Below, piece by piece: positions 18,838 to 29,508 of a stretch of DNA of 40,945 bases. The DNA lies in the NCBI GenBank assembly GCA_043776165.1, contig JAYVRO010000555.1, forward strand, positions 1 to 40,945, in the 5' to 3' direction. Made by a program: the position numbers and the translations under genes. How positions within the stretch are numbered: the first letter of the stretch is position 1; each line of letters starts with the position of its first letter. The notes under the pieces are model-generated. The model made no database searches and had not been told where the DNA came from. It saw nothing but the letters and a program-made list of their open reading frames with translations. This DNA comes from Rubrivivax sp. (GTDB lineage: Bacteria > Pseudomonadota > Gammaproteobacteria > Burkholderiales > Burkholderiaceae_C).

Positions 18838-19800
18838 ATGGGTCCTTTCTTGCTCAAGCGATTTGCCACCTTCATCGCCACCTTGATGGTGGCTTCGCTC
18901 GTGGTGTTTGCGATTCTCGAGCTGCTGCCCGGCAACGCCGCCGAAGTGATCTTGGGCGACACCGCCACGCCGGAGTCTGTGGCCGCCATGAAGACCAAGC
19001 TGGGGCTGGACCGCCCCGCCACACAACGCTACACCGAATGGATCAGCGGCCTCGTGCAAGGCCGCACGGCCAACAGCATCAGCTACGACACGCCCACGTC
19101 CGAACTCATCGCCGAGCGCCTGCGCGTGACGGTTCCGCTGGCCTTCATGTCGATGTCACTCAGTGTGGCGCTGGCGCTGTCACTGGGCATCTACGCCGCG
19201 TCGCGCCACAACCGCTTGGGCGACGTCGGCGTGATGGCCGCCAGCCAAGTCGGCGTGGCCATGCCCAACTTCTGGTTCGCCATCTTGCTCATCTTGTTTT
19301 TTGCCGTGAAGTTGCAGTGGGTCAGCGCCGGCGGTTTTGCCGGTTGGAGCGAAGATGATGGTGGTGGTCTGTGGTCGGGTCTGCGCTCCCTGCTGCTACC
19401 CGCGCTGGCACTGGCTTTGGTGCAAGCGGCCATCTTGGCCCGCGTCACAAGGTCAGCGGTGCTGGAAGTGATGCGCGAAGACTTTGTACGCACCGCGCGC
19501 GCCAAAGGCCTCACGCGACGCCAGGCGCTGTGGCGTCACGTGCTGCGCAACGCCATGATCCCCGTCATCACCGTGATGGGCTTGCAGTTCGCCAACCTCA
19601 TCACCGGCACCGTGGTGATCGAGAACGTCTTCGTGTTGCCTGGGGTGGGCCGTTTGGTCTTTCAGGCCATCGGCAACCGCGACCTGGTGGTTGTGCGTGA
19701 CGTCGTGATGTTGCTCGCCGGTGTGGTTGTTTTCGTCAACTTCATCGTCGACGTTTTGTACGCCTTGATCGACCCGCGTTTGCGGCGCAGCGACGCATGA
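18838..19800 (+). CDS. peptide/nickel ABC transporter permease (DppB-like)
   Basis: LPGNAA..ILG, LGLDRP, MPNFW, TARAKGL, H.LRNA.IP and IE.VF..PG.G. Confidence 0.93.
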   Translation: MGPFLLKRFATFIATLMVASLVVFAILELLPGNAAEVILGDTATPESVAAMKTKLGLDRPATQRYTEWISGLVQGRTANSISYDTPTSELIAERLRVTVPLAFMSMSLSVALALSLGIYAASRHNRLGDVGVMAASQVGVAMPNFWFAILLILFFAVKLQWVSAGGFAGWSEDDGGGLWSGLRSLLLPALALALVQAAILARVTRSAVLEVMREDFVRTARAKGLTRRQALWRHVLRNAMIPVITVMGLQFANLITGTVVIENVFVLPGVGRLVFQAIGNRDLVVVRDVVMLLAGVVVFVNFIVDVLYALIDPRLRRSDA

Positions 19801-20630
19801 ACATCGCTGCGCGCGCCGCCAAACACCCGAGTTTTGTGGTGGGAGCCACGCTGACGGCGCTGCTCGTTTTTGCCGCCGCGTTGTCGCTGTTCTGGTCGCC
19901 CTACGCCACGGGTGACATCAACATCCCCTTGAAGCTACGCGGCCCCAGCATGGCGCATTGGCTGGGCACCGACAGCCTGGGCCGCGACATCGTTTCGCAA
20001 CTGCTGGTAGGAGCGCAAAACTCCATCGTCGTGGGCGTCATCGCCGTGGGCATCGGCCTGGGCCTGGGTGTGCTCCTGGGCTGTGTGGCGGCGGCCAAAC
20101 ACGGCTGGGTCGAAGAGCTCATCATGCGGGCGAGCGACTTCACGTTCGCCTTCCCTGCCCTGCTCTCGGCCATCATGCTCACCGCCATTTACGGCCCCGG
20201 TCTGGTGATGAGCATCGTGGCCATCGGCATTTTCAACATCCCCGTTTTCGCCCGCATCACACGTGGTGCGGCAAACGCCGTGTGGGCCCGCGAATATGTG
20301 CTGGCGGCGCGCGCTGCTGGACTGGGCCGAGCACGCATCACGCTCGACCATGTACTGCCCAACATCGCGAGCCCGCTCATCGTGCAAGCCACCATTTCGT
20401 TTGCCACCGCGATATTGGCCGAAGCGGCGCTGAGTTATTTGGGCCTGGGCACACAACCGCCGCAGCCCAGTTGGGGGCGCATGCTGAACGAAGCGCAGTC
20501 GCAAATTTTTCAAGCACCGTTGCTGGCCGTTTACCCCGGTGTCGCCATCATGCTCAGTGTGCTGGGTTTGAATTTGATGGGTGACGGGCTGCGCGACTTG
20601 ATGGACCCAAAATTGGCACGCAAGCGCTGA
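19797..20630 (+). CDS. peptide/nickel ABC transporter permease (DppC-like)
   Basis: HWLGTDSLGRD, EYVLAARA.G, H.LPN and EAALSYLGLG.QPP.PSWG. Confidence 0.93.
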   Translation: MNIAARAAKHPSFVVGATLTALLVFAAALSLFWSPYATGDINIPLKLRGPSMAHWLGTDSLGRDIVSQLLVGAQNSIVVGVIAVGIGLGLGVLLGCVAAAKHGWVEELIMRASDFTFAFPALLSAIMLTAIYGPGLVMSIVAIGIFNIPVFARITRGAANAVWAREYVLAARAAGLGRARITLDHVLPNIASPLIVQATISFATAILAEAALSYLGLGTQPPQPSWGRMLNEAQSQIFQAPLLAVYPGVAIMLSVLGLNLMGDGLRDLMDPKLARKR

Positions 20631-20689
20631 CCGCAAGGCCCGCAAGGCCCACCGGCCCAACTTTCGACATGACTCATGAAGGTGTTGTG

Positions 20690-21343
20690 ATGAGAATCGA
20701 CTTTGTCTCCGATGTGGCCTGCCCCTGGTGCGCCGTGGGTTTGAATTCACTGGAGCGGGCGCTGGAACGCGTCGGCAGCAACTTTCCCGTCGAGATGCAT
20801 TTCCAGCCTTTTGAGCTCAACCCCACGATGGCCGCCGAGGGCGCCGACACGGTGCAGTACTTGTCCGACAAATACGGCATCAGCGCCGAGCAGATCGCCA
20901 AGAACCAGGCCGGCATCCGCGCACGTGGCGCTGAAGTGGGTTTCACTTTTGGCCAACGCGGCCGCGTGTGGAACACCTTTGACGCTCACCGCTTGCTTTA
21001 TTGGGCCGGGAGTCTGGGCGACATGGACAAACAACGCGCGCACAAACAACGCACGCTCAAGCACGCCCTGCTACAGGCCTATCACGGTGACGGCCGAAAC
21101 CCCGGTGCGCACGACGTGTTGCTGGAGTTGGCCACGCATGCGGGGCTGGACGCCACACGCGCCGCAGCCATCTTGGCCAGTGATGAGTTCACCGCCGAGG
21201 TGCGCGAGCGCGAGCAGTTCTGGCAGCAAGCCGGAATCAACTCGGTACCCGCCATCGTCATCAACCAAAAGCACCTCATCTCTGGCGGCCAGCCGGTGGA
21301 GGTGTTCGAAAACGCGTTGCGCCAGATTGCCGCTGAGGCCTGA
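20690..21343 (+). CDS. DsbA/FrnE family oxidoreductase
   Basis: SDVACPWC, PFELNP, NTFDAHRL and GI.SVP...SGGQP. Confidence 0.9.
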   Translation: MRIDFVSDVACPWCAVGLNSLERALERVGSNFPVEMHFQPFELNPTMAAEGADTVQYLSDKYGISAEQIAKNQAGIRARGAEVGFTFGQRGRVWNTFDAHRLLYWAGSLGDMDKQRAHKQRTLKHALLQAYHGDGRNPGAHDVLLELATHAGLDATRAAAILASDEFTAEVREREQFWQQAGINSVPAIVINQKHLISGGQPVEVFENALRQIAAEA

Positions 21344-21349
21344 GGACGA

Positions 21350-22249
21350 TCACTGCCTGCGTGCCAGTTCCGCAGGAATGGCCTGCGCCAGAAAGTCATA
21401 GACCCGGCGCACCACCTTGTTGCCACGAATTTCGCGGTGCACTGCCAACCAACACGGCAGTGGCGGGATGGGCAAGTTGGGCAGCACAGCGCGCACGCCC
21501 GGCCAGTGGCGCAGGTTGTAGGCCGCCACAAAACCAATGCCCGCGCCGCTGGCCAACAATCGACCATAGGCAATCTGGTCGTCTGTTCGCAAGGCAAATG
21601 CTTCGCGTGGCAGGCTCACACCCAGGCGTGCAAACCCACGCGTGATGGTGTCGTCTTTGTCGTAGCCAATGAGCCTGTGCACCAGCAAGTCAAGCGGCTT
21701 GCGTGGCGTGCCGGCGCGCGCCAGGTAGGTTTCATGCGCGGCGGCGACGATGGGAACCTCCCCCAGCTTTCGGCACACCAGTGAGCTCTGCGCTGGCCGC
21801 AACATGCGAACGGCGATGTCGGCTTCGCGGCGCAGCAAATTGCTGATCTGGTTGGACGCCACCAGTTCCACCTGGATGCCCGGCTCGGCCTCGTGCAAAC
21901 AGGCCAGCACACCCGGCAGCAACCACGCTGCCGCGACCTGGCTGGTGCTCAGGCGCACGGTGCCGGTGGTGGCGCTGCTGCGCGCTGCGACCACCCGCGA
22001 CATTTGATCCGCACCGGCTTGCATCTGACGCGCGGCGTCGGCCATGGCCAATGCCGCCGCCGTGGGCGTGACGCCCCGGCCCGTGCGCTCAAAAAGCGGC
22101 ACGCCCAGTTGGGCTTCGAGTTCAGCCACATGGCGCGACAGCGTGGGCTGGTGCGCACCCAAGTGGCGCGCTGCCCCCATCAGGCTGCCAGCGTCCAGCA
22201 CGGCAAGAAAGCTGCGGGCCAGGGCCCAATCAAAAGCGTTTGCAGGCAT
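21350..22249 (-). CDS. LysR family transcriptional regulator
   Basis: N-terminal HTH (GSLMGAAR.LG..QPTLSR...LE..LG..LFER) and a substrate domain containing EADIAVR. Confidence 0.95.
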   Translation of the reverse strand: MPANAFDWALARSFLAVLDAGSLMGAARHLGAHQPTLSRHVAELEAQLGVPLFERTGRGVTPTAAALAMADAARQMQAGADQMSRVVAARSSATTGTVRLSTSQVAAAWLLPGVLACLHEAEPGIQVELVASNQISNLLRREADIAVRMLRPAQSSLVCRKLGEVPIVAAAHETYLARAGTPRKPLDLLVHRLIGYDKDDTITRGFARLGVSLPREAFALRTDDQIAYGRLLASGAGIGFVAAYNLRHWPGVRAVLPNLPIPPLPCWLAVHREIRGNKVVRRVYDFLAQAIPAELARRQ

Positions 22250-22344
22250 ACGTAAATGTATAGCTCACATGCAGATATGAGCAATTGTCGGATGACGAGT
22301 GGCTCGTCACACTGCGTTCCTCACAAGACCCTTGGAGCCCAACC

Positions 22345-23355
22345 ATGACCACAAACACTGTCCTTGTTCTTGGTGCCAATGGCCGCCTTGGCCAGGCCGC
22401 CGTGCAGGCTTTTGCAGCGGCTGGGTGGCACGTGCTGGCCCAGGCGCGGCGCGCACCGAACACGCTGCCACCAGGCGCCATCCATCTGAGCACCGCGCTT
22501 GAAGATGTGCATACCCTGACGCGGCAGGCGGCACAAGCCAGCGTCGTTTTGTACGCCGTGAACCCGCCCTACACCCAGTGGCAAACGCACGCTCTGCCCC
22601 TGCTGCGACTGGGCATGGATGTGGCGCAAAAACTCGGCGCGCTGTTCATGTTGCCAGGCAACGTTTACAACTTCGGCGCAGGCATGCCGGTGCTGTTGGA
22701 TGAACAAACACCGCAGCAACCTGGCACGCGCAAGGGCCGCATCCGCGTGGCCATGGAAGAAGAAATGCGATGGCGTGCGGCCCAGGGCATGCGCAGCGTG
22801 GTCATTCGCGCGGGCGACTTTTTCGGCGGCGGCTCTGGCAGTTGGCTGGACTTGGTGATCGTCAAGTCGATTGTTAAAGGTCGGCTGACCTATCCCGGCC
22901 CGGTGGATGTGCCTCATGCCTGGGCCTATCTGCCCGATTTGGCGCGCGTGTTTGTGGCCGTTGCCGAACGATCGGACAACAGCGCCGCCGCGTTATGCGA
23001 ACCACTTCACTTTCCTGGCCACCTGCTCACGGGAGGGCAACTGTTGGCGGCCATCGAACGCGCCGCCACCGGCTTGGGGCTAACTGGCGCAACGCCGTTC
23101 AAGCACGGCGGCTTGCCTTGGCCACTGCTGCGCGTCGGCGGCCTCGTGTGGCCCCAGTGGCGCGAGCTGGCCGAGATGGCTTACCTGTGGCAGGTGCCCC
23201 ATGCGCTGGACGGCACGGCCCTGACAAAACGTATCGGCCCCGTGCACAACACACCGCTGGATGTGGCGCTGCGTGCAGCGCTTGCCCCGCCGGGCCACCC
23301 TTCAACGGCAGCAACCGCGGCGCCAGCAGCAGCAGCAATAACGGCCCTGCAGTGA
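22345..23355 (+). CDS. NAD-dependent epimerase/dehydratase family protein
   Basis: VLVLGANGRLG, PGNVYNFG, RAGDFFG and HAWAYLPD. GGAG RBS. Divergent from the LysR gene. Confidence 0.88.
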   Translation: MTTNTVLVLGANGRLGQAAVQAFAAAGWHVLAQARRAPNTLPPGAIHLSTALEDVHTLTRQAAQASVVLYAVNPPYTQWQTHALPLLRLGMDVAQKLGALFMLPGNVYNFGAGMPVLLDEQTPQQPGTRKGRIRVAMEEEMRWRAAQGMRSVVIRAGDFFGGGSGSWLDLVIVKSIVKGRLTYPGPVDVPHAWAYLPDLARVFVAVAERSDNSAAALCEPLHFPGHLLTGGQLLAAIERAATGLGLTGATPFKHGGLPWPLLRVGGLVWPQWRELAEMAYLWQVPHALDGTALTKRIGPVHNTPLDVALRAALAPPGHPSTAATAAPAAAAITALQ

Positions 23356-23390
23356 AGTCAAACCCACCCATCACACCCCAGACCTACAAC

Positions 23391-24122
23391 ATGAACACCA
23401 CCGCATCACCTTCCCAATTGGCCCAAACAAGATCACGCGGGCTGGGCTGCTGGCTCATCGTTGATGCGCTGCTGTCCTTCGCGCCCGTGGCCGTCTTGGG
23501 CGCGGCCATCGGCTGGCCGGCATCGCTGGGCAAACCCGCCGCCGAGCAAATGGCCGCCATCCACGCCGCACCTGGTGCCGTCGCCCTGGGTTACGGGCTG
23601 TACTTGCTCTATTCAATACTGATCGCCCCCTTGATGATTGCTTTGGCGGCGCGCAGCCTGGGGGGCTTGCACAAACCATGGGCCGCCACGGTGGCGGCCT
23701 TTGGCGTGCTGTCTGCCTTGGCGCGAACCATCGGCATCTTGCGCTGGCTCACGGTCATGCCCGCGCTGGCCGCTGCCCACGCCACAGCCAACCCCGAGAC
23801 GCGAACGCAGCTTGAACAAATCTTCAGCGCCATCACGGCCTATGGCGGTGGCATTGGCGAGGTGCTGGGCGTGAGCCTGTTCATGGCGCTGTCCTTGGGG
23901 GGCTTGTGTCTTGGCGCAGCGCTGCAAGGCGGTCTGCCACGATGGTTGGCCGCTCTTGGCGTCGTCGTGGCGCTCTTGCTTGCCGCATTGGCCATGCCTG
24001 CCTTTGGACTTGCTGCGACGGTGCCTGTGGCGCTGGCCGTGAGCTCGCTGTCGGCCTGGATGCTGGCCGCGGGCGTGTGGCTCATGCGGCCGCAGCCATC
24101 GACACCGCATCGACCCGGGTAG
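23391..24122 (+). CDS. DUF4386-like integral membrane protein
   Basis: Multiple TM segments; IGWPASL..P, IGILRWL.V.P.LA and YGG..GE.LG. Confidence 0.7.
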   Translation: MNTTASPSQLAQTRSRGLGCWLIVDALLSFAPVAVLGAAIGWPASLGKPAAEQMAAIHAAPGAVALGYGLYLLYSILIAPLMIALAARSLGGLHKPWAATVAAFGVLSALARTIGILRWLTVMPALAAAHATANPETRTQLEQIFSAITAYGGGIGEVLGVSLFMALSLGGLCLGAALQGGLPRWLAALGVVVALLLAALAMPAFGLAATVPVALAVSSLSAWMLAAGVWLMRPQPSTPHRPG

Positions 24123-24155
24123 AGCGACAAGCACGTCCCGGGCAGGCGCAGCTGT

Positions 24156-24665
24156 TCAGTCTCGGGGTCGCTGACGACCTGGCGCATCCTTGAGGGCCAG
24201 CTCGATTGCAGAGCGCGCGAGTGTCTGGAATTCCTGTAGCTGCGCTTGCGTGACGCTGCGCGGCCGATAGTCGTAGGCGCACAGCGTGCCGATGGTGTGA
24301 CCTCGAACGGTCAACCGCACGGCTGCATAAAAGCGAATGTGCGGTGCACCGACGACCAGCGGATGACTCGCGAAGCGCAGATCGCGCGTCGCATCTTCAA
24401 CCACCAGAAATGCAGAATCGTTCTGCAGAAACACTTCGCAAAATGAGCTTGACAGGGGCGACTCGGTCAGAGGTGTGCCGAACGCCGCCTTGAACCAGTC
24501 GCGTTCCTCGTCGAGCAGGTTGAACATCGTCATGGGGACGTCAAGAACAGTCGCGAGTCGGCGCGTAAGCTCCTCGTAGTTGGCCTCGCTGGGGGTATCG
24601 AGGATCAGGAGCTTCCTCAGCTCAGCAAGCCGCTCAGGGTCGCGGCGAGAGGTCATGTGCGTCAC
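24156..24665 (-). CDS. stand-alone GAF domain protein
   Basis: RL..L..L.ILDT, SFC, VEDAT.D.RF..HPLV...P.IRFYA and GTLC..D..PR. Start is GTG 24665 or ATG 24656. Confidence 0.88.
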   Translation of the reverse strand: MTHMTSRRDPERLAELRKLLILDTPSEANYEELTRRLATVLDVPMTMFNLLDEERDWFKAAFGTPLTESPLSSSFCEVFLQNDSAFLVVEDATRDLRFASHPLVVGAPHIRFYAAVRLTVRGHTIGTLCAYDYRPRSVTQAQLQEFQTLARSAIELALKDAPGRQRPRD

Positions 24666-24717
24666 GGCTCAACTTTCCTCGACTCGGTCTTTTTCAACAG
24701 GGCGCCTGCCGCTCCAG

Positions 24718-25368
24718 CTACTGGATGAGGCCGTTCTTCAGCGCGTAGTAGGTGAGATCACTGTTGCTGGCAAGCTTGAGTTTCTCGAGCACCCGCGTGC
24801 GGTAGGTGCTGACGGTCTTGACGCTGAGGAACATGCTCTCGGCCATGTGCCCAATGGTCTCACCTTTGGCCAAGCGCAAGAACACCTGCAGCTCGCGCTC
24901 GGAAAGCGCCTCGTGGGCCGGTTTGTCGCCGCCACCAACGGCGTTGTCGGCCAACATCTCGGCCACCGCAGGGCTGATATAACGCCGACCGCGTGCCACC
25001 GTGCGGATGGCGTTGACGATCTCCTCAGGCTCGCATTCCTTGTTCAGGTAGCCGCTGGCGCCCTGGCGCAGCAAGGTGGTTGCGTAGTGCGCCTCCGGAA
25101 AGCCGCTGAGGATCAGTACCGCCACATCGGGGAAGCGCGCCTTGATGGCGGCCAAGGCGTCGATGCCGCTCTGGTCGGGCATCGAAATGTCCATCAGCAT
25201 CACGTCGACCTCGCCACCGCGTGCCAGCTCCAAGGCGTCACGCCCGTTGTTGGCTTCGCCCGTCACGCGCAGGTCCACGTGTTCGGCCAGGAACTGCCGC
25301 AAGCCGCTGCGCACGATGGCATGGTCGTCGACGATAACGACTCGAATCACAGTCGCCCTCCCATTCAT
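24718..25368 (-). CDS. NarL/UvrY-family response regulator (REC + LuxR HTH)
   Basis: IVDDHAIVR.GL, MDISMP, GASGYL.K, LSERELQV and SVKTVSTYR.R. Start may be GTG 25350. Confidence 0.95.
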   Translation of the reverse strand: MNGRATVIRVVIVDDHAIVRSGLRQFLAEHVDLRVTGEANNGRDALELARGGEVDVMLMDISMPDQSGIDALAAIKARFPDVAVLILSGFPEAHYATTLLRQGASGYLNKECEPEEIVNAIRTVARGRRYISPAVAEMLADNAVGGGDKPAHEALSERELQVFLRLAKGETIGHMAESMFLSVKTVSTYRTRVLEKLKLASNSDLTYYALKNGLIQ

Positions 25369-25525
25369 GTTCTCCAGGAGCTTAGCAGGCGCTGCGCCTG
25401 GAGGCGTTCAGCTTTTCCTACTGACTTTTCTTGCATGCGCGTAGGCAAAGCGTGAGGCACCTTGTGGTGCCCGTCCGATAGGGTGAGGGGGCGCCGACCC
25501 GGTGCCGCGCCCAAGCGGATGGTAC

Positions 25526-25541
25526 GTAGGATTTGTCTGAC
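25526..25541. promoter_or_regulatory. imperfect palindrome GTAGG-N6-CTGAC, possible NarL/UvrY-type box
   Basis: GTAGGATTTGTCTGAC in the divergent intergenic region. Related copies at 25406-25421 and 27453-27468. Confidence 0.4.
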
Positions 25542-25647
25542 GACTGATCAAGGGCTTTCGACGACCCTGCATGGCGCGTCTGGGCTGCATACTGGGGCTC
25601 CACCGCTATTCGCTGCCGATTTCGCGGCGACTATCGCTGTTCCGACC

Positions 25648-26052
25648 ATGACGCCCCTGCAAATCTACATTGTCGAAGACAGCCCCATCATCCTTGAGAA
25701 CTTGGCGAGCGCGCTCGAGGACTTGGCCCACGTGGAGGTGATCGGCTCAGCCGCTGACGAGCACAGCGCCGTCAAATGGCTGACCCAGGCGCAGACACCC
25801 TGCGATCTGATGATCATTGACGTTTTTCTCAGGCAAGGCTCGGGCTTGGGCGTACTGCGCGCCGCTGCACAGTCGCATCGGCGCTTCAAGCGTGTTGTGC
25901 TGACGAACTACGCCACACTCGATATGCGCAGCAAGTGCTGCGAACTAGGTGCCGACAAAGTCTTCGACAAAAGCAACGAACTTGAAGAGCTGATCGCGTA
26001 TTGCACCCGCCTCGCCGACGGTGTTGATACGGCGCCTGGCTCAATGTCCTGA
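25648..26052 (+). CDS. single-domain response regulator
   Basis: IVEDS, IIDVFL..GSG, VVLTN and GAD.VFDKS. Confidence 0.9.
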   Translation: MTPLQIYIVEDSPIILENLASALEDLAHVEVIGSAADEHSAVKWLTQAQTPCDLMIIDVFLRQGSGLGVLRAAAQSHRRFKRVVLTNYATLDMRSKCCELGADKVFDKSNELEELIAYCTRLADGVDTAPGSMS

Positions 26053-26079
26053 GACCGGACGGGCGCCGCCCGCAGGATC

Positions 26080-27417
26080 ATGCTCAAGACCGTATTCGAG
26101 AGTTTTCTTCGAACCCGATATGGCTTCGTGGTGGCGGTGTGCGCAGTCGTGGCCTTGGTAGTGCTCAGCGAGGCCAATTACCATCATTCGCGTACGCGCC
26201 TGAGCTTTGGCATCAACCTCACCGACCTGCGGGTCCAAGCGGCGCAGACCCTGCAACTGGTCACTGACGCGGAGACGGGCGTGCGTGGCTACTTGCTCAC
26301 CGGCAAGAAGGCCTACCTGGCGCCGTATGTCCGTGCCTTGGCGGAGATGCCGATGGTGCAGGACAAAACTTTCGGTTTGATCGCTCAACTGGACGCCGAA
26401 CGCAGGGTGGGGGTCGAGCCCGTCAAGCGCCTGCTGGCGTCCAGGCTGGCCTTACTGGCCTCGGTGATCGAACTGTACGAAAACGGCAACCGCGACGAGG
26501 CGATGTCGATCGTTCTCTCCGACGTCGGCATGGTCAAGATGGCTGAACTTCGGCTTGCTCTGGACGATCTGCTCGACCGCGCCACCGGTCTGCAGCAGAC
26601 CGTCCGCGTGTCGCTTTTCGACGCGTTGCTGCTCAATCGCCTGGCCGTGGATTTGTTGTCGATCCTCGTCGTCCTGGGTCTGTACGTGCTGATGCGCCAG
26701 ACGCTGCAGTCCGACCTGTTGCGGCGCCAAGAGCAACAACGTCTGGCATCCCAGGTGCGGGAACGAACGACCGAACTGCGGGAGCTTGCGCGCCACCTGG
26801 TTTCAGTGCGTGAAGACGAACGCGGCCGTCTAGCGCGCGAGTTGCACGACGAGCTCGGTGGCTTGTTCACGGCCATGAAGCTGGAGTTTGCGCGCATTCG
26901 CCGCGTGCCCGACCTGCCCACGGGCATGCAAGACCGTTTTGTGTCGATCGAGCGGCGCTTGAATGAAGGCATCACGTTCAAGCGCCGCATCGTCGAGAAC
27001 CTGCACCCTTCGTCACTGGAGCAGATGGGTCTGATGACCAGCGTGTCCCTGCTGTGCCGCGATTCGGCCCAGGCGCTGGGTATCCCCGTGCACGAAGCGC
27101 TCGAGTCAGTGGCAGTCGACCGCGAGGTCGATCTGACCATTTACCGCTTGGTGCAGGAGTCACTGACCAATGTCGGCAAGTACGCCCGTGCGTCCAAGGT
27201 CTCGGTGACGATCGATGCGCAGGACGATGGCGTGCGGGTGTGCGTCGAAGACGATGGCATCGGCTTCGATCCGGCCCGGGTTGCGTTGGGCCGGCACGGC
27301 TTGCTGGGCATGCGCTACCGCGTTGAGTCTCATGGCGGCAGCATGCACGTCGAATCGGCGCCGGGCTGTGGCACGCGCGTCGTCGTGAAGGTGCCGGGGA
27401 CCTTGGCTGAGTCTTGA
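26080..27417 (+). CDS. CHASE3 sensor histidine kinase (HisKA_3 / NarX-UhpB type)
   Basis: DAETG.RGYLLTG...YL.PY (CHASE3), ER.RLARELHDELG, QESLTNV.KYA, DDGIGF and GL.GM..R. Confidence 0.95.
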   Translation: MLKTVFESFLRTRYGFVVAVCAVVALVVLSEANYHHSRTRLSFGINLTDLRVQAAQTLQLVTDAETGVRGYLLTGKKAYLAPYVRALAEMPMVQDKTFGLIAQLDAERRVGVEPVKRLLASRLALLASVIELYENGNRDEAMSIVLSDVGMVKMAELRLALDDLLDRATGLQQTVRVSLFDALLLNRLAVDLLSILVVLGLYVLMRQTLQSDLLRRQEQQRLASQVRERTTELRELARHLVSVREDERGRLARELHDELGGLFTAMKLEFARIRRVPDLPTGMQDRFVSIERRLNEGITFKRRIVENLHPSSLEQMGLMTSVSLLCRDSAQALGIPVHEALESVAVDREVDLTIYRLVQESLTNVGKYARASKVSVTIDAQDDGVRVCVEDDGIGFDPARVALGRHGLLGMRYRVESHGGSMHVESAPGCGTRVVVKVPGTLAES

Positions 27418-27617
27418 GCAGTTCAGTCTTTTGCGCCGGCCCTTTTGACGTTGCAGGCCCTGTCCTACACACCACCCCGAGATCTGCTGACGCCACCACG
27501 CGACACTGGCCGCTGATGCCAGAAGCCTTGCCCTCCTAGAGTTGATTCGTCGCCTCAATTGTGCGGCGATGAACAGGTCCAGCAAGGGCCTGATGAGATT
27601 TAACAGGAGGTTTCAGC

Positions 27618-28406
27618 ATGTCACCACACCCCTCTCAGAATGCACTGCTCGCATCCTTGACCCCAAAGGACTGGGAGTCATTGCGCCCGCACCTGGAATG
27701 GGTGCAGATGCCGCTGGGCACCTTGTTGTACGACGCTGGCTCGACGATTGAACACGTTTATTTCCCGGCCACCGCCATCGTGTCGTTGGTGTCGCTACTT
27801 AAAAGCGGGGCCACGGCCGAAGTCGCGGTGGTCGGCAGGGAAGGCGTGGTGGGCGTTTGCGCCTTCATGGGTGGCGGCAGGTCGCTCAGCAGCGCTGTGG
27901 TGCAAACCGCGGGTTTCGGGTTGCGCATGGAGGCCGCCGCAATCAACGACGCTGCCAAGGCATCGGCGCCGCTGATGCAAACGCTGTTGCGCTACACCCA
28001 GTCGCTCTTTTCGCTGATGGCACAAACCGCTGCATGCAGCCGTCACCATGAGTTGACGCAGCAGCTGTGCCGTTGGCTGCTGCTGAACCACGATCGCATG
28101 CAGGGCGATGAAATGATCGCCACGCATGAGCGCATTGCCAACATGCTGGGCGTGCGCCGCGAGGGTGTGACCGGCGCAGCTTTGAAACTGCAGTCAAGCG
28201 GCCTGATCCACTATCGGCGTGGCCACATCACGGTGTTGGACCGCGGCGGCTTGGAGCGCGCCAGTTGTGAGTGCTACGGCGTCATCCAGCAGGCTTACAA
28301 CCTCAGGCCGCAATATGCCTGTGAAGCTGACGCACACAACACCGCGCCAATCGCCAGACGGCAGCAGGGCCGGCCGCAATTGGCAGCGATGCGGATGGCG
28401 GCTTGA
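27618..28406 (+). CDS. Crp/Fnr family transcriptional regulator
   Basis: N.LLASL, VYFP...IVSL, VGREG.VG, QTAAC.R.H...QQLCRWLL and MLGVRREGVT HTH. AGGAGG RBS. Confidence 0.93.
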   Translation: MSPHPSQNALLASLTPKDWESLRPHLEWVQMPLGTLLYDAGSTIEHVYFPATAIVSLVSLLKSGATAEVAVVGREGVVGVCAFMGGGRSLSSAVVQTAGFGLRMEAAAINDAAKASAPLMQTLLRYTQSLFSLMAQTAACSRHHELTQQLCRWLLLNHDRMQGDEMIATHERIANMLGVRREGVTGAALKLQSSGLIHYRRGHITVLDRGGLERASCECYGVIQQAYNLRPQYACEADAHNTAPIARRQQGRPQLAAMRMAA

Positions 28407-28474
28407 GTGGCGGCTTGAGTGGTGGCCTGATCCGCGTGGCGAGTGTGCGCAGCTCGGGTGTGCAGCTCGGGTAA
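28396..28474. repeat. short tandem duplications at the Crp/dppD junction
   Basis: TGGCGGCTTGAG x2 plus one degenerate copy at 28396-28431; GCAGCTCGGGT(GT/AA) x2 at 28449-28474. Confidence 0.75.
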
Positions 28475-28530
28475 ACAGCGCTGAATGGGGCGCTATCGTC
28501 GGGGCCCAGCCACCCCCACCGCAGCGCCCT

Positions 28531-29504
<974 letters not shown>

Positions 29505-29508
<4 letters not shown>

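Noticed and set aside
22248-22282. LysR box between lysR and the epimerase gene
   Set aside because: Dyads are present (ATAC-N6-GTAT; GCTCA-N10-TGAGC) but they do not cleanly fit T-N11-A, so no call was made.
28219-28530. Long N-terminal extension of the dppD-like ORF
   Set aside because: It overlaps crp and is made of tandem-duplication sequence, with no ABC-like content.
21344-28530. Genomic island or prophage call for the insert
   Set aside because: No integrase, tRNA, att repeats or phage genes are visible. Reported only as an operon interruption.
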